Source of the DNA: a virus
IMG/VR virus record: IMGVR_UViG_3300022213_000004
Strand: one strand, 5' to 3'
Length of the DNA stretch: 64,000 nt
Shown here: piece by piece, positions 50,837-58,427 of the stretch
Layout: the number at the start of each line of letters is the position of its first letter
Numbering within the stretch: position 1 is the stretch's first letter
The notes under the pieces: model-generated
Told to the model about the DNA's origin: nothing
Databases searched by the model: none
The model's input: only the letters and a program-made list of their open reading frames with translations
Translations under genes and position numbers: made by a program

Positions 50837-51352
50837 ATCAATATCTTCGTTACTTCTCCCTTTCCTGCTGAGAGTGCCATCTGCCTCCCAGACAAGCACG
50901 TTGTCAAGATGCCCTTAGAGTGCTGTCAGATGCTCTCTATCGTGGCATCAGACAAGTGGGGACACGGGTACGGCACCCTCCCTAAGGCAGATGGAACCCC
51001 CTACAAGACCGAGAAAGGAGCATTCCGCAATCATCCCTGCACCAAGTGGGCACTGGAGAGTATCCATAATGCCTATTGGTTAATCAAGTGGGGATTGAAC
51101 TTGTCTGATGAATACTGCCTGCGGTATAATAAAACTCACTCCTGTTATAAGACCCTTGTGGATGCATACTATTTGTTTCCCAAGGGTAAGATTACAGAAG
51201 TGACTCCATTTGCTCGTGCTATGCCTGAGGAATGGAAGTTTGACGATACTATTGACACATTTGAAGCATACAAACGATACATTGCATCCAAACCCTGGGT
51301 TGCTGATAATTATCTTCGTATGCCGTCAAGACGACCCTCTTGGATAATATAA
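50837..51352 (+). CDS. Pyrimidine-dimer DNA glycosylase-like (DenV/Pyr_excise family) protein, probable ATC start
   Basis: In-frame (I)NIFVTSPFPAESAICLPDKHVVKMPLECCQMLS...HPCTKW...TPFARAMP; in-frame stop at 50819; GAGG 8 nt before the ATC. Confidence 0.75.
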   Translation: MNIFVTSPFPAESAICLPDKHVVKMPLECCQMLSIVASDKWGHGYGTLPKADGTPYKTEKGAFRNHPCTKWALESIHNAYWLIKWGLNLSDEYCLRYNKTHSCYKTLVDAYYLFPKGKITEVTPFARAMPEEWKFDDTIDTFEAYKRYIASKPWVADNYLRMPSRRPSWII

Positions 51353-51410
51353 ATAATGATGCCTGGTTTGTTCGCACTTTTCAGGTGGGAGAGTAGAAAT
51401 GCTCTCCCTT
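51348..51410 (+). ncRNA. Putative late small RNA (~50 nt) antisense to the start region of the downstream endonuclease
   Basis: TATAAATA 51348-55; stem GCCTG/CAGGT; loop GTTTGTTCGCA complementary to 51422-32; GAAA-loop hairpin GGGAGAG/CTCTCCC. Confidence 0.5.
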
Positions 51411-51420
51411 ATAAATACTA

Positions 51421-52023
51421 ATGCGAACAAACAACAGAGCAGAGATGTATTACACTTACGCCTATTTGCGTGAAGATGGAACTCCTTACTATATTGGTAA
51501 AGGTAAAGGAGACCGTGCATATAGAAAAGTTGGAAAACCTTGTGCTACTCCAAAAGATAAAAATAAAATAATACAACTCAAAACAAATCTTACAGAAGAA
51601 GAAGCATTCAATCACGAAAGATATATGATTTTTATCCTTGGTAGGAAAGATTTGGGAACTGGTATTTTATTAAACAAATCTGATGGTGGCGAAGGTAGAA
51701 GTGGATATGTTCCAACAGAAGAACTAAAAAGAAATCAAAGTAAGAGGATGAGTGGTGAAAATAATCCTATGTACGGTAAAAAAGGTGTTGAATGTCCTTG
51801 GTATGGGAGAAAACATAGTGAAGAAACAAAAAATAAAATTAGTAAATCTTTAACTGGCGAAAACCATAATTTTTATGGAAAAAAACATAAGCAAGAAACA
51901 AAAGAAAAAATGAGTGAAATTAAAAAAGGAGAAAAAAATAGTTTTTATGGAAGAAAACATACAGAAGAAAGTAGGAGAAAAATGAGGGAAGCAGCAAAAC
52001 GAAGAAAAGAAAAAAGTTCTTGA
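51421..52023 (+). CDS. GIY-YIG-like homing endonuclease with NUMOD3 repeats (paralog of 46721)
   Basis: YYTYAYLREDGTPYYIGKGKGDRAY, GILLNKSDGGEG, three YG(R/K)KH(S/K/T)(E/Q)E repeats; start at 51421 or 51445. Confidence 0.87.
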   Translation: MRTNNRAEMYYTYAYLREDGTPYYIGKGKGDRAYRKVGKPCATPKDKNKIIQLKTNLTEEEAFNHERYMIFILGRKDLGTGILLNKSDGGEGRSGYVPTEELKRNQSKRMSGENNPMYGKKGVECPWYGRKHSEETKNKISKSLTGENHNFYGKKHKQETKEKMSEIKKGEKNSFYGRKHTEESRRKMREAAKRRKEKSS

Positions 52024-52048
52024 TTTTTGTTGATTGCCGTGATAAACT
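52020..52048 (+). promoter_or_regulatory. Possible sigma70-type promoter
   Basis: TTGATT, 17 nt, TAAACT with TGn extension. Confidence 0.45.
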
Positions 52049-52068
52049 AAACACGATTACATTTTATT

Positions 52069-52686
52069 ATGAAAGACGTTGAAATTTTAAATGAAATTTT
52101 CACTGAAATGAATATTCTTCAGGAAGAATATAAACAAATAACATATTATTATGTTTATGCAATTTTTTTTCCAAATTGTAAATTTTACATAGGTTCTCGT
52201 CAATGTAACTGCATCCCCATTGAAGATAAAAAATACACTGGTTCTTATACGGATAAAAGTAATGGTGATGGTATAAAGGTCATTTTAAAAATTTTTTCCA
52301 ATGAAAATGAAATGACTTTTTATGAGACAAATTTAATTCAAAAATTTAAATCTTATTCAAATTGTATTAATGTAAATTCGTCCCCACGAGTTTGTAATAA
52401 TAATAAGTTGAATAGTAAAGTTTTTAAAACAACGGATTTAATGCAAATATATGGGTATTCAAGTTCAACAACACTGTCTAATTGGTGTATAATTGCCGAA
52501 ATTGATAGATTTAGACAAGGAAAATACTTTTATGTGAGTAATGAAGATAAATTAAAACTTGATGAGGTATCCAATTTTATTAAATCTGGATATACTTATG
52601 AGGATTACCTTAAAACTAAAGGTAAATCAAAGGAAGAAATTAAAAGCATTATTTCAAAGGTGAAAGGACTTAATTATGACAAGTGA
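52069..52686 (+). CDS. Putative GIY-YIG (Seg-like) endonuclease with C-terminal HTH-like region
   Basis: YYVYAIFFPNCKFYIGSR...YTGS...E...CIN; TTDLMQIYGYSSSTTLSNW. Confidence 0.65.
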   Translation: MKDVEILNEIFTEMNILQEEYKQITYYYVYAIFFPNCKFYIGSRQCNCIPIEDKKYTGSYTDKSNGDGIKVILKIFSNENEMTFYETNLIQKFKSYSNCINVNSSPRVCNNNKLNSKVFKTTDLMQIYGYSSSTTLSNWCIIAEIDRFRQGKYFYVSNEDKLKLDEVSNFIKSGYTYEDYLKTKGKSKEEIKSIISKVKGLNYDK

Positions 52687-52903
52687 ATTTCTTTTAAAGG
52701 CACAATTAGTTTGGGATGAGTTTTGTGGAGGACTTAAACAAGAACCAACAGAGGATATGAAAGAAGCACTTTGCGAAAGTATCACAGAGATTATGGTTCA
52801 ACTTACGCAATATCCAAATCCGCAAGATTCATATTATTCTATTATTGATGTAAAGGAACTTTCTAAATTGAGAGATGAATTGGAGAAACTGGTGGATGAG
52901 TAA
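52676..52903 (+). CDS. Hypothetical protein
   Basis: ORF with AAGGA SD; begins MTSEFL. Confidence 0.6.
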   Translation: MTSEFLLKAQLVWDEFCGGLKQEPTEDMKEALCESITEIMVQLTQYPNPQDSYYSIIDVKELSKLRDELEKLVDE

Positions 52904-52962
52904 TCTTGAATAAGTGTAAATAACTCATTTACTAAATAGTATTATACTACGAGGTTTAGTAA

Positions 52963-53496
52963 ATGAGTTGCGTTTATCAAATAAGAAACAAAATAACAGG
53001 AGAAAATTACATAGGTTCTACTGAAAAGAATTATATGCTTAGGTTTGCTAAACATATAACTATGTGTAATAGTAATAAAATGGATTGTCCTAAACTTTAT
53101 GAAAATTTTTTAAAGTATGGGTATCATAATTTTACTATTGAAGTCGTAAAGTGGATACACGAAGACGAAGACCTCAAAAAAGTAGAACAAGAATATTGTG
53201 AATGGTTAAACCCTTCTTTAAATTCTTTATGGGGAACAAAACATACCAAAGATTCTATTGATAAAATGCGTAAGTCGCAAAGAGAATATTGGTCTAAAAA
53301 TTCTCATCCAAGAAAAGGAGTTCCTTTTACTGAGGAACATAAAAATAATCTTTCAAAATCTATGGGTAAAAAGTGTTATGTTGATGGAGTAGTTTATGAA
53401 TCTGTGAAAGAATGTGCTAAAATACTTGGTATCCATAGGGATACTGCAAGTTGGAGAATGAGAAGTAAATCATTTCCAAATTACTATTACCTTTGA
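52963..53496 (+). CDS. GIY-YIG homing endonuclease with NUMOD3/NUMOD1 C-terminus
   Basis: CVYQIRNKITGENYIGST...RFAKH...KYGYHNFTIEV...EQEY; HTKDSIDKMR; DGVVYESVKECAKILGI. Confidence 0.88.
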   Translation: MSCVYQIRNKITGENYIGSTEKNYMLRFAKHITMCNSNKMDCPKLYENFLKYGYHNFTIEVVKWIHEDEDLKKVEQEYCEWLNPSLNSLWGTKHTKDSIDKMRKSQREYWSKNSHPRKGVPFTEEHKNNLSKSMGKKCYVDGVVYESVKECAKILGIHRDTASWRMRSKSFPNYYYL

Positions 53497-53511
53497 TTTT
53501 TATTTTTTGAT

Positions 53512-54471
53512 ATGGAAATTACTGATACTAAACCATTCTTGTGGGTGGAAAAGTGGGCACCAGAATCTGTTGATGATTTGATTCTTACTAAAAGTGTAAA
53601 GGAGTTTTTCACTAATGTAGTAAGTGAAGGGCAACTGAATCAAAATCTTATCTTACAAGGTTCTCAGGGTTGTGGTAAAACTCAAACTATTAAAACTCTC
53701 TGTAAGATTACAAAACAGGATGTTTTGTTTTTGAATGGTTCTTCTGAGGGTAGATATTTGGATACTATTCGCAATCAAGTCATTAATTTTGGAACTACTG
53801 TTTCTATGTTTAATGATAAGAAAAAGGTAGTGTTCTTTGATGAGTTTGATGGGACAACTAATGATGTAATGCTTTGTCTTCGTGGAGTAATTGAGCAACT
53901 TCACAATAATGTATGCTTCATTTTTACTTGTAATAATCTTAATAAAATTATTGAACCAATTCAATCAAGGTGTGTTGTTCTTAAATATACTCCCATTCCA
54001 AAGAATGAAAAACCTGAGTTGATGGTATCCATTTTCAATAGAATGTCTCACATTCTTGACGAGGAAAATATTGAATATGATAAAAAAGTTGTAGCAGAAC
54101 TCATCAAAAACTATTTTCCAGATACAAGGCAACTCCTCAATACTCTTCAACGATATTCTACAGGGGGAAAAATTGACACGGGCATTCTTGCATCTTTCTC
54201 AGACATCTCTGTAAATGAACTCATTAAAAATCTCAAGGATAAAAACTTTCCTGAAGTCCGAAAGTGGGTGGTCTCCAACTTGGACAACGATGCTAGCAGT
54301 CTACTTCGCAGGATTTATGACGCCTGTTATGATTGCCTTTCACCCCAATCTATCCCCGCTGCCGTTCTTGTTATTGCTAAGTATCAATACCAATGTGCGT
54401 TCGTGGCTGACCAAGAAATAAATCTTCTTGCTGCTCTTACAGAAATAATGATAGAATGTGAGTTTCGTTGA
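53512..54471 (+). CDS. gp44: Clamp loader large subunit gp44
   Basis: FLWVEKW, Walker A GSQGCGKT, DEFD, FIFTCN, SRC motif, AFVADQEINLLA. Confidence 0.92.
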   Translation: MEITDTKPFLWVEKWAPESVDDLILTKSVKEFFTNVVSEGQLNQNLILQGSQGCGKTQTIKTLCKITKQDVLFLNGSSEGRYLDTIRNQVINFGTTVSMFNDKKKVVFFDEFDGTTNDVMLCLRGVIEQLHNNVCFIFTCNNLNKIIEPIQSRCVVLKYTPIPKNEKPELMVSIFNRMSHILDEENIEYDKKVVAELIKNYFPDTRQLLNTLQRYSTGGKIDTGILASFSDISVNELIKNLKDKNFPEVRKWVVSNLDNDASSLLRRIYDACYDCLSPQSIPAAVLVIAKYQYQCAFVADQEINLLAALTEIMIECEFR

Positions 54472-54482
54472 GGTAATTTAAA

Positions 54483-54776
54483 ATGAATGTAAAACTTATT
54501 CGTATGTGGTCTGGTGAAGATGTAATTGCCGACCTTGTTGGAGATCTTACTGATAACATTGTAATCCGTAATCCTATTGTTGCCATTCCTACTGGAAATG
54601 GACAGATGGGATTTGCTCCTTGGTCTCCTCTTTTGAAGGAGAAAGGTGTGGATATAGAAGTAACTAAAAAATATGTTGTTTATATTTCTGAAGCACAAGA
54701 GCAGATTGTTGAACAATATGAGCAAATGTTTTCAGTAATTCAAAAACCATCTAAAAAGTTGATTGTATCGCAGTGA
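54483..54776 (+). CDS. Conserved hypothetical protein (possible Sm-like fold)
   Basis: MNVKLIRMWSGEDVIAD...FAPWSP; GAGG SD. Confidence 0.78.
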   Translation: MNVKLIRMWSGEDVIADLVGDLTDNIVIRNPIVAIPTGNGQMGFAPWSPLLKEKGVDIEVTKKYVVYISEAQEQIVEQYEQMFSVIQKPSKKLIVSQ

Positions 54777-55621
54777 AATCACTAAAAACTGCCTTGCGCT
54801 ACCCTGGAGGCAAGTCCCGTGCTTGCGCCAAGATGGACCCATATTTTCCCGACCTTCGAAACTATGATGAGTTTCGTGAACCGTTTCTTGGTGGTGGAAG
54901 TGTTGCAATTCATATCACTAAGAAATATCCTTACCTAGATATTTGGGTGAATGATCTTTATGAACCTCTTGTGAACTTCTGGCAGCAGCTCCAGATGCTT
55001 GGTCCTGATCTAAAGGATAAACTGGTAGATCTTAAATCAATACACAATAATCCAGCATCTGCAAAGGAACTGTTTCTCGCAAGTAAGGAGAAGGTCAATG
55101 ACCAAAGTTTGCCCAGTCTTGATCGTGCTGTGGCTTTCTATGTTGTTAATAAGTGTTCTTTCAGTGGTCTCACAGAGAGTTCATCATTTTCAGAACAAGC
55201 ATCCAATTCCAACTTCAGTTTGCGAGGGATCGAAAAACTGTCTGCGTATTCTGAATTAATCTCTAAGTGGCGCATAACTAATTATTCCTATGACTATCTA
55301 ATGGATGGAAACAAAGGTGCTTTTATGTATCTCGATCCTCCTTATGACATTAAGGATAATCTCTATGGGAATAGGGGATCAATGCACAAAGGATTTGATC
55401 ACGATAAGTTTGCTGCTGACTGCGATGCTAACGATATGGATCAGTTAGTAAGTTATAACTCTAATCAACTTGTAAAAGATCGCTTTAAGAACTGGAACGC
55501 CGCTGAGTTTGATTTGACTTATACGATGCGTTCTGTGGGCGAATATATGCGTGAGCAAAAACAACGTAAAGAACTGCTACTGTTTAATTATGGAATTGAA
55601 GGATTGGTTGAACTCAATTAA
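54773..55621 (+). CDS. dam: DNA adenine methyltransferase (Dam family)
   Basis: LRYPGGKSR, EPFLGGGSV, FMYLDPPY; GTG start. Confidence 0.92.
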   Translation: MKSLKTALRYPGGKSRACAKMDPYFPDLRNYDEFREPFLGGGSVAIHITKKYPYLDIWVNDLYEPLVNFWQQLQMLGPDLKDKLVDLKSIHNNPASAKELFLASKEKVNDQSLPSLDRAVAFYVVNKCSFSGLTESSSFSEQASNSNFSLRGIEKLSAYSELISKWRITNYSYDYLMDGNKGAFMYLDPPYDIKDNLYGNRGSMHKGFDHDKFAADCDANDMDQLVSYNSNQLVKDRFKNWNAAEFDLTYTMRSVGEYMREQKQRKELLLFNYGIEGLVELN

Positions 55622-55958
55622 CTTTACAAAAGAAGATTTATCAGAAAATATAAAAAATTATTCTCCATATATTATAAATCGTTGTCTTTCGGGGCACATT
55701 GACTGCATTATGTATGCCAATGAAATGAATATTAATCATCACCTCGATAAAGATATGCAATATTCTTTTTTTCTAAATACTATAAGAAAAAGGAAGAGAT
55801 TTTCTCCCTGGCTCCGTAAAGATGAAATCAAAGACTTAGAGTGTGTAAAACAATACTATGGTTATAGTAATGAAAAAGCATCTCAAGCACTTAAAATTTT
55901 GTCAAAAGAGCAAATCAACTTTATTAAAAAACGACTTGAAATTGGCGGAACAAAATGA
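55590..55958 (+). CDS. gp62: Clamp loader small subunit gp62
   Basis: Start MELKDWLNSIN at 55590; PYIINRCLS, RKRKRFSPW, YYGYSNEKA. Confidence 0.92.
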   Translation: MELKDWLNSINFTKEDLSENIKNYSPYIINRCLSGHIDCIMYANEMNINHHLDKDMQYSFFLNTIRKRKRFSPWLRKDEIKDLECVKQYYGYSNEKASQALKILSKEQINFIKKRLEIGGTK

Positions 55959-56395
55959 CAACTCAAACAATTGAACCTCAGGTAAATTGGTCGCAAGATC
56001 AAATGGTAGAAGTTATTCTCAACGAACCCGATGACTTCCTTAAAGTTCGAGAAACTCTAACTCGTATCGGGGTTGCATCCAGAAAGGAGAAAAAACTCTA
56101 TCAGTCTTGCCATATTTTGCATAAGCAAGGTAGATACTACATTGTTCACTTTAAGGAACTATTTGCTTTGGATGGCAAACACGCTAATCTGACTGTGAAT
56201 GATGTTCAACGCCGTAACCGTATTGTTCGTCTTCTTGCTGATTGGGGACTTATTACTGTAGTCAATCAAGATAAGGTTGCAGATATTGCTCCACTGAATC
56301 AAATCAAAGTTCTTGCATATAAGGATAAAGGTGATTGGATTTTGGAACAAAAATATAATATTGGTAAAAAAGGAAGAAATGTAGAGACTGAATAA
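55955..56395 (+). CDS. regA: Translational repressor RegA
   Basis: DDFLKVRETLTRIGVAS, LYQSCHILHKQGRYYIVHFKELFALDG. Confidence 0.97.
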   Translation: MTTQTIEPQVNWSQDQMVEVILNEPDDFLKVRETLTRIGVASRKEKKLYQSCHILHKQGRYYIVHFKELFALDGKHANLTVNDVQRRNRIVRLLADWGLITVVNQDKVADIAPLNQIKVLAYKDKGDWILEQKYNIGKKGRNVETE

Positions 56396-56479
56396 ATAGT
56401 TTTGTGCCATTCGTGCGGCACTCTACAAAAGTCGGAACACCCTAAAGAGAAGTTCGGTTTTTACCTTGCTTCTCTTTTT
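56392..56479 (+). ncRNA. Putative late-promoter-driven small structured RNA between regA and hsp20
   Basis: ATAAATA 56392-98; hairpin GTGCC/GGCAC; terminator AAAGAGAAG/CTTCTCTTT followed by T-run; no ORF. Confidence 0.45.
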
Positions 56480-56489
56480 GCTTTATGGT

Positions 56490-56553
56490 TAAATAATAAT
56501 GGATGCCTTCGGGATCCACACAAAACAAACTCGCTTTAAAAGGAGCTACTATA
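56490..56553 (+). promoter_or_regulatory. hsp20 leader: late promoter, UUCG hairpin and ROSE-like anti-SD hairpin
   Basis: TAAATA 56490-95; TGGATgCC-TTCG-GGATCCA 56500-18; CTCGCTT (56530-36) pairs with AAGGAG (56540-45) with a bulged G. Confidence 0.6.
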
Positions 56554-56988
56554 ATGACTAACCTAATGCGTTATACTGCTGCGGATCTTCCTGCTTTGAT
56601 GGATAAGATCACAAAGAACAGTATCGGGATGGATGAATATTTTGATCGACTGTTTAATCTTCACGAAACTTCAACAAATTATCCACCTTATAATCTTATT
56701 CATGTAAATAATGTTGAATCTCATTTAGAGATTGCATTGGCTGGATTTAAAAAAGGAGAGGTTAATGTTTTCACCGAGTATGGAAAACTTTTTGTCGAAG
56801 GACAACGGGCAGATACCGAGACGGACAGGACGTTTATCCACAAGGGAGTGGCTAGCAGAAGTTTTAAACGAGCGTGGACTCTATCCGACGACACAGAAGT
56901 CAGGGATGTTGTATTCGAAGACGGACTTCTACGGATCGTACTTGGGAAAATAGTACCAGAGCATCATGCCCGTAAGGATTATCTTTAA
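56554..56988 (+). CDS. hsp20: Small heat shock protein Hsp20
   Basis: Start MTNLMRY after AGGAG; NYPPYNL, LEIALAGF, HKGVASRSF, FEDGLLRIVL. Confidence 0.95.
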   Translation: MTNLMRYTAADLPALMDKITKNSIGMDEYFDRLFNLHETSTNYPPYNLIHVNNVESHLEIALAGFKKGEVNVFTEYGKLFVEGQRADTETDRTFIHKGVASRSFKRAWTLSDDTEVRDVVFEDGLLRIVLGKIVPEHHARKDYL

Positions 56989-57001
56989 ATAAAAATAAAA
57001 A

Positions 57002-57178
57002 ATGAAATCTTTCGACGAGTTCAAAACAATTGCATATAGGGAAGCAATCCCACATACTGTTTATTCTCAAGGAAAACAAAAGCAAGTTCCAAAAGGAAAA
57101 GCAGTTCCCGTAAGAAGTCGTTCAAGTGCTGGTGGTAATGGAAATGGTGATGGTGGTGGAGGAGACGGTGGAGAATAA
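57002..57178 (+). CDS. Small protein (58 aa) with MKSFDEF N-terminus and Gly-rich tail; not in ORF track
   Basis: MKSFDEFKTIAYREAIPHTVYSQGKQKQVPKGKAVPVRSRSSAGGNGNGDGGGGDGGE*; TAAATA overlaps the hsp20 stop. Confidence 0.7.
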   Translation: MKSFDEFKTIAYREAIPHTVYSQGKQKQVPKGKAVPVRSRSSAGGNGNGDGGGGDGGE

Positions 57179-57210
57179 ATAGATTTGAATATCGTCGGTG
57201 TTATGCCATA

Positions 57211-57251
57211 GAGGAGTTCTGGCAAAATCCAGGTTGACTCCTCCTTTTTTT
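57211..57251 (+). terminator. Rho-independent terminator with overlapping sigma70 promoter
   Basis: GAGGAGTT...GACTCCTC followed by T7; TTGACT (57234-39), 16 nt, TATAAT (57256-61). Confidence 0.75.
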
Positions 57252-57283
57252 GTACTATAATAATAAGAGGTATGGAGTAAAAA

Positions 57284-57661
57284 ATGACTATTAAATTAAT
57301 GCTTTTTAAATCTGGAGAAGATTTAATCGCGGATGTTGCAGAAATGGTTGTTGGTGAAGATGAAGAAAGTAAAAGAACAGTCGGATATTTTCTCACTAAA
57401 CCTTGTATAGTAAAGATGAGAAATCCAACCCAAGTTGAAGATGCTGAGAATAAAAAAACTGGATTTGAAGTTTCTCTTTTTCCTTGGATTCCCCTTTCTG
57501 CCGACGAAAAAATTCCAGTTCCTGCAGATTGGTTAGTTACTATGGTAGAGCCAACTGCAAAATTAAAAGAAATGTACGTTAAAGATGTTTTAGACTATGG
57601 AAAAGAAAACAATAAAGATCATAGCGTTGATGAACAACCTGATTCTGATAAGCAAGATTGA
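57284..57661 (+). CDS. Conserved hypothetical protein (possible Sm-like fold)
   Basis: MTIKLMLFKSGEDLIAD...LFPWIPLS; GGAG SD. Confidence 0.78.
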   Translation: MTIKLMLFKSGEDLIADVAEMVVGEDEESKRTVGYFLTKPCIVKMRNPTQVEDAENKKTGFEVSLFPWIPLSADEKIPVPADWLVTMVEPTAKLKEMYVKDVLDYGKENNKDHSVDEQPDSDKQD

Positions 57662-57860
57662 AGAGATTGGTGCCGATATTGGAGAACCTGACTGTAAGTT
57701 GGTTGATCCATTTGTGGTGAAAAGTGATCAAACTTTGGAACCATTTCTTTGTGGGTACACGAAAGAAAAAACTTTTATGATGAGTTCGGATAAGATTCTG
57801 ACACTTGCAGATCCAACTCCAACTCTACTTGAAAAATATGAGGACCTGATTAAAGAATGA
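57597..57860 (+). CDS. Conserved hypothetical protein upstream of gp43
   Basis: IGEPDCKLVDPF...MMSSDKILTLADP. Confidence 0.75.
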   Translation: MEKKTIKIIALMNNLILISKIEEIGADIGEPDCKLVDPFVVKSDQTLEPFLCGYTKEKTFMMSSDKILTLADPTPTLLEKYEDLIKE

Positions 57861-57861
57861 C

Positions 57862-58395
57862 CTAAACATTTTTTTTCTTTTTGTACCTAACATACCATCC
57901 CGTGTATCTTCCGGTCTTATAATTTCCATTATTTTCGCCAGATACATCTGAGTAATCTCTTTGTTTGCGAGTTCCATTCTCATAAGATTTTTTTAAACTT
58001 TCACTTCTTTTTATATTGCTTTCTATTGAATTGGTTTTTCCTTTTCTGTTTGAAGTTTTTCCCTTTTTTGCAAGTGACATTTTTTCTTTAGTTTCTTTTG
58101 AGAATTCTTTAGCAGTTTCTCCACCGCTTGTTAAATTGTATCCTTCAATCATAGTGTTATAAAAACTTATCCAATATGATTCTCTTTCATCTAAAATATC
58201 AGGTGAACACTCTTCTAGAATTTCGATTCTAAAATCTTCTCTTGCGTATTTTCTCATCGCTTTGTATAATGGTCTCGTAAGATTAACATTTTTAGATGAT
58301 ATGAAGTGTTGAGATATTCTTTTTGATAATCTTTGTTTGGTTTGTCCTATGTATTTTTTTCCACTAGGACTTTCTATGGAATAAATTATCGCCAT
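57862..58395 (-). CDS. GIY-YIG homing endonuclease with NUMOD3
   Basis: IIYSIESPSGKKYIGQT...RISQH...AMRKY...ERESYWI...GYNLTSGG; minus-strand TAAATA at 58428-23 overlaps the gp43 ATG. Confidence 0.88.
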   Translation of the reverse strand: MAIIYSIESPSGKKYIGQTKQRLSKRISQHFISSKNVNLTRPLYKAMRKYAREDFRIEILEECSPDILDERESYWISFYNTMIEGYNLTSGGETAKEFSKETKEKMSLAKKGKTSNRKGKTNSIESNIKRSESLKKSYENGTRKQRDYSDVSGENNGNYKTGRYTGWYVRYKKKKNV

Positions 58396-58427
58396 ACTAA
58401 TAAAATTTTTCCTTTATACTTTTATTT

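Noticed and set aside
56503-56553. hsp20 start at 56503
   Set aside because: That ATG lies within the UUCG leader hairpin; the AGGAG SD points to ATG 56554.
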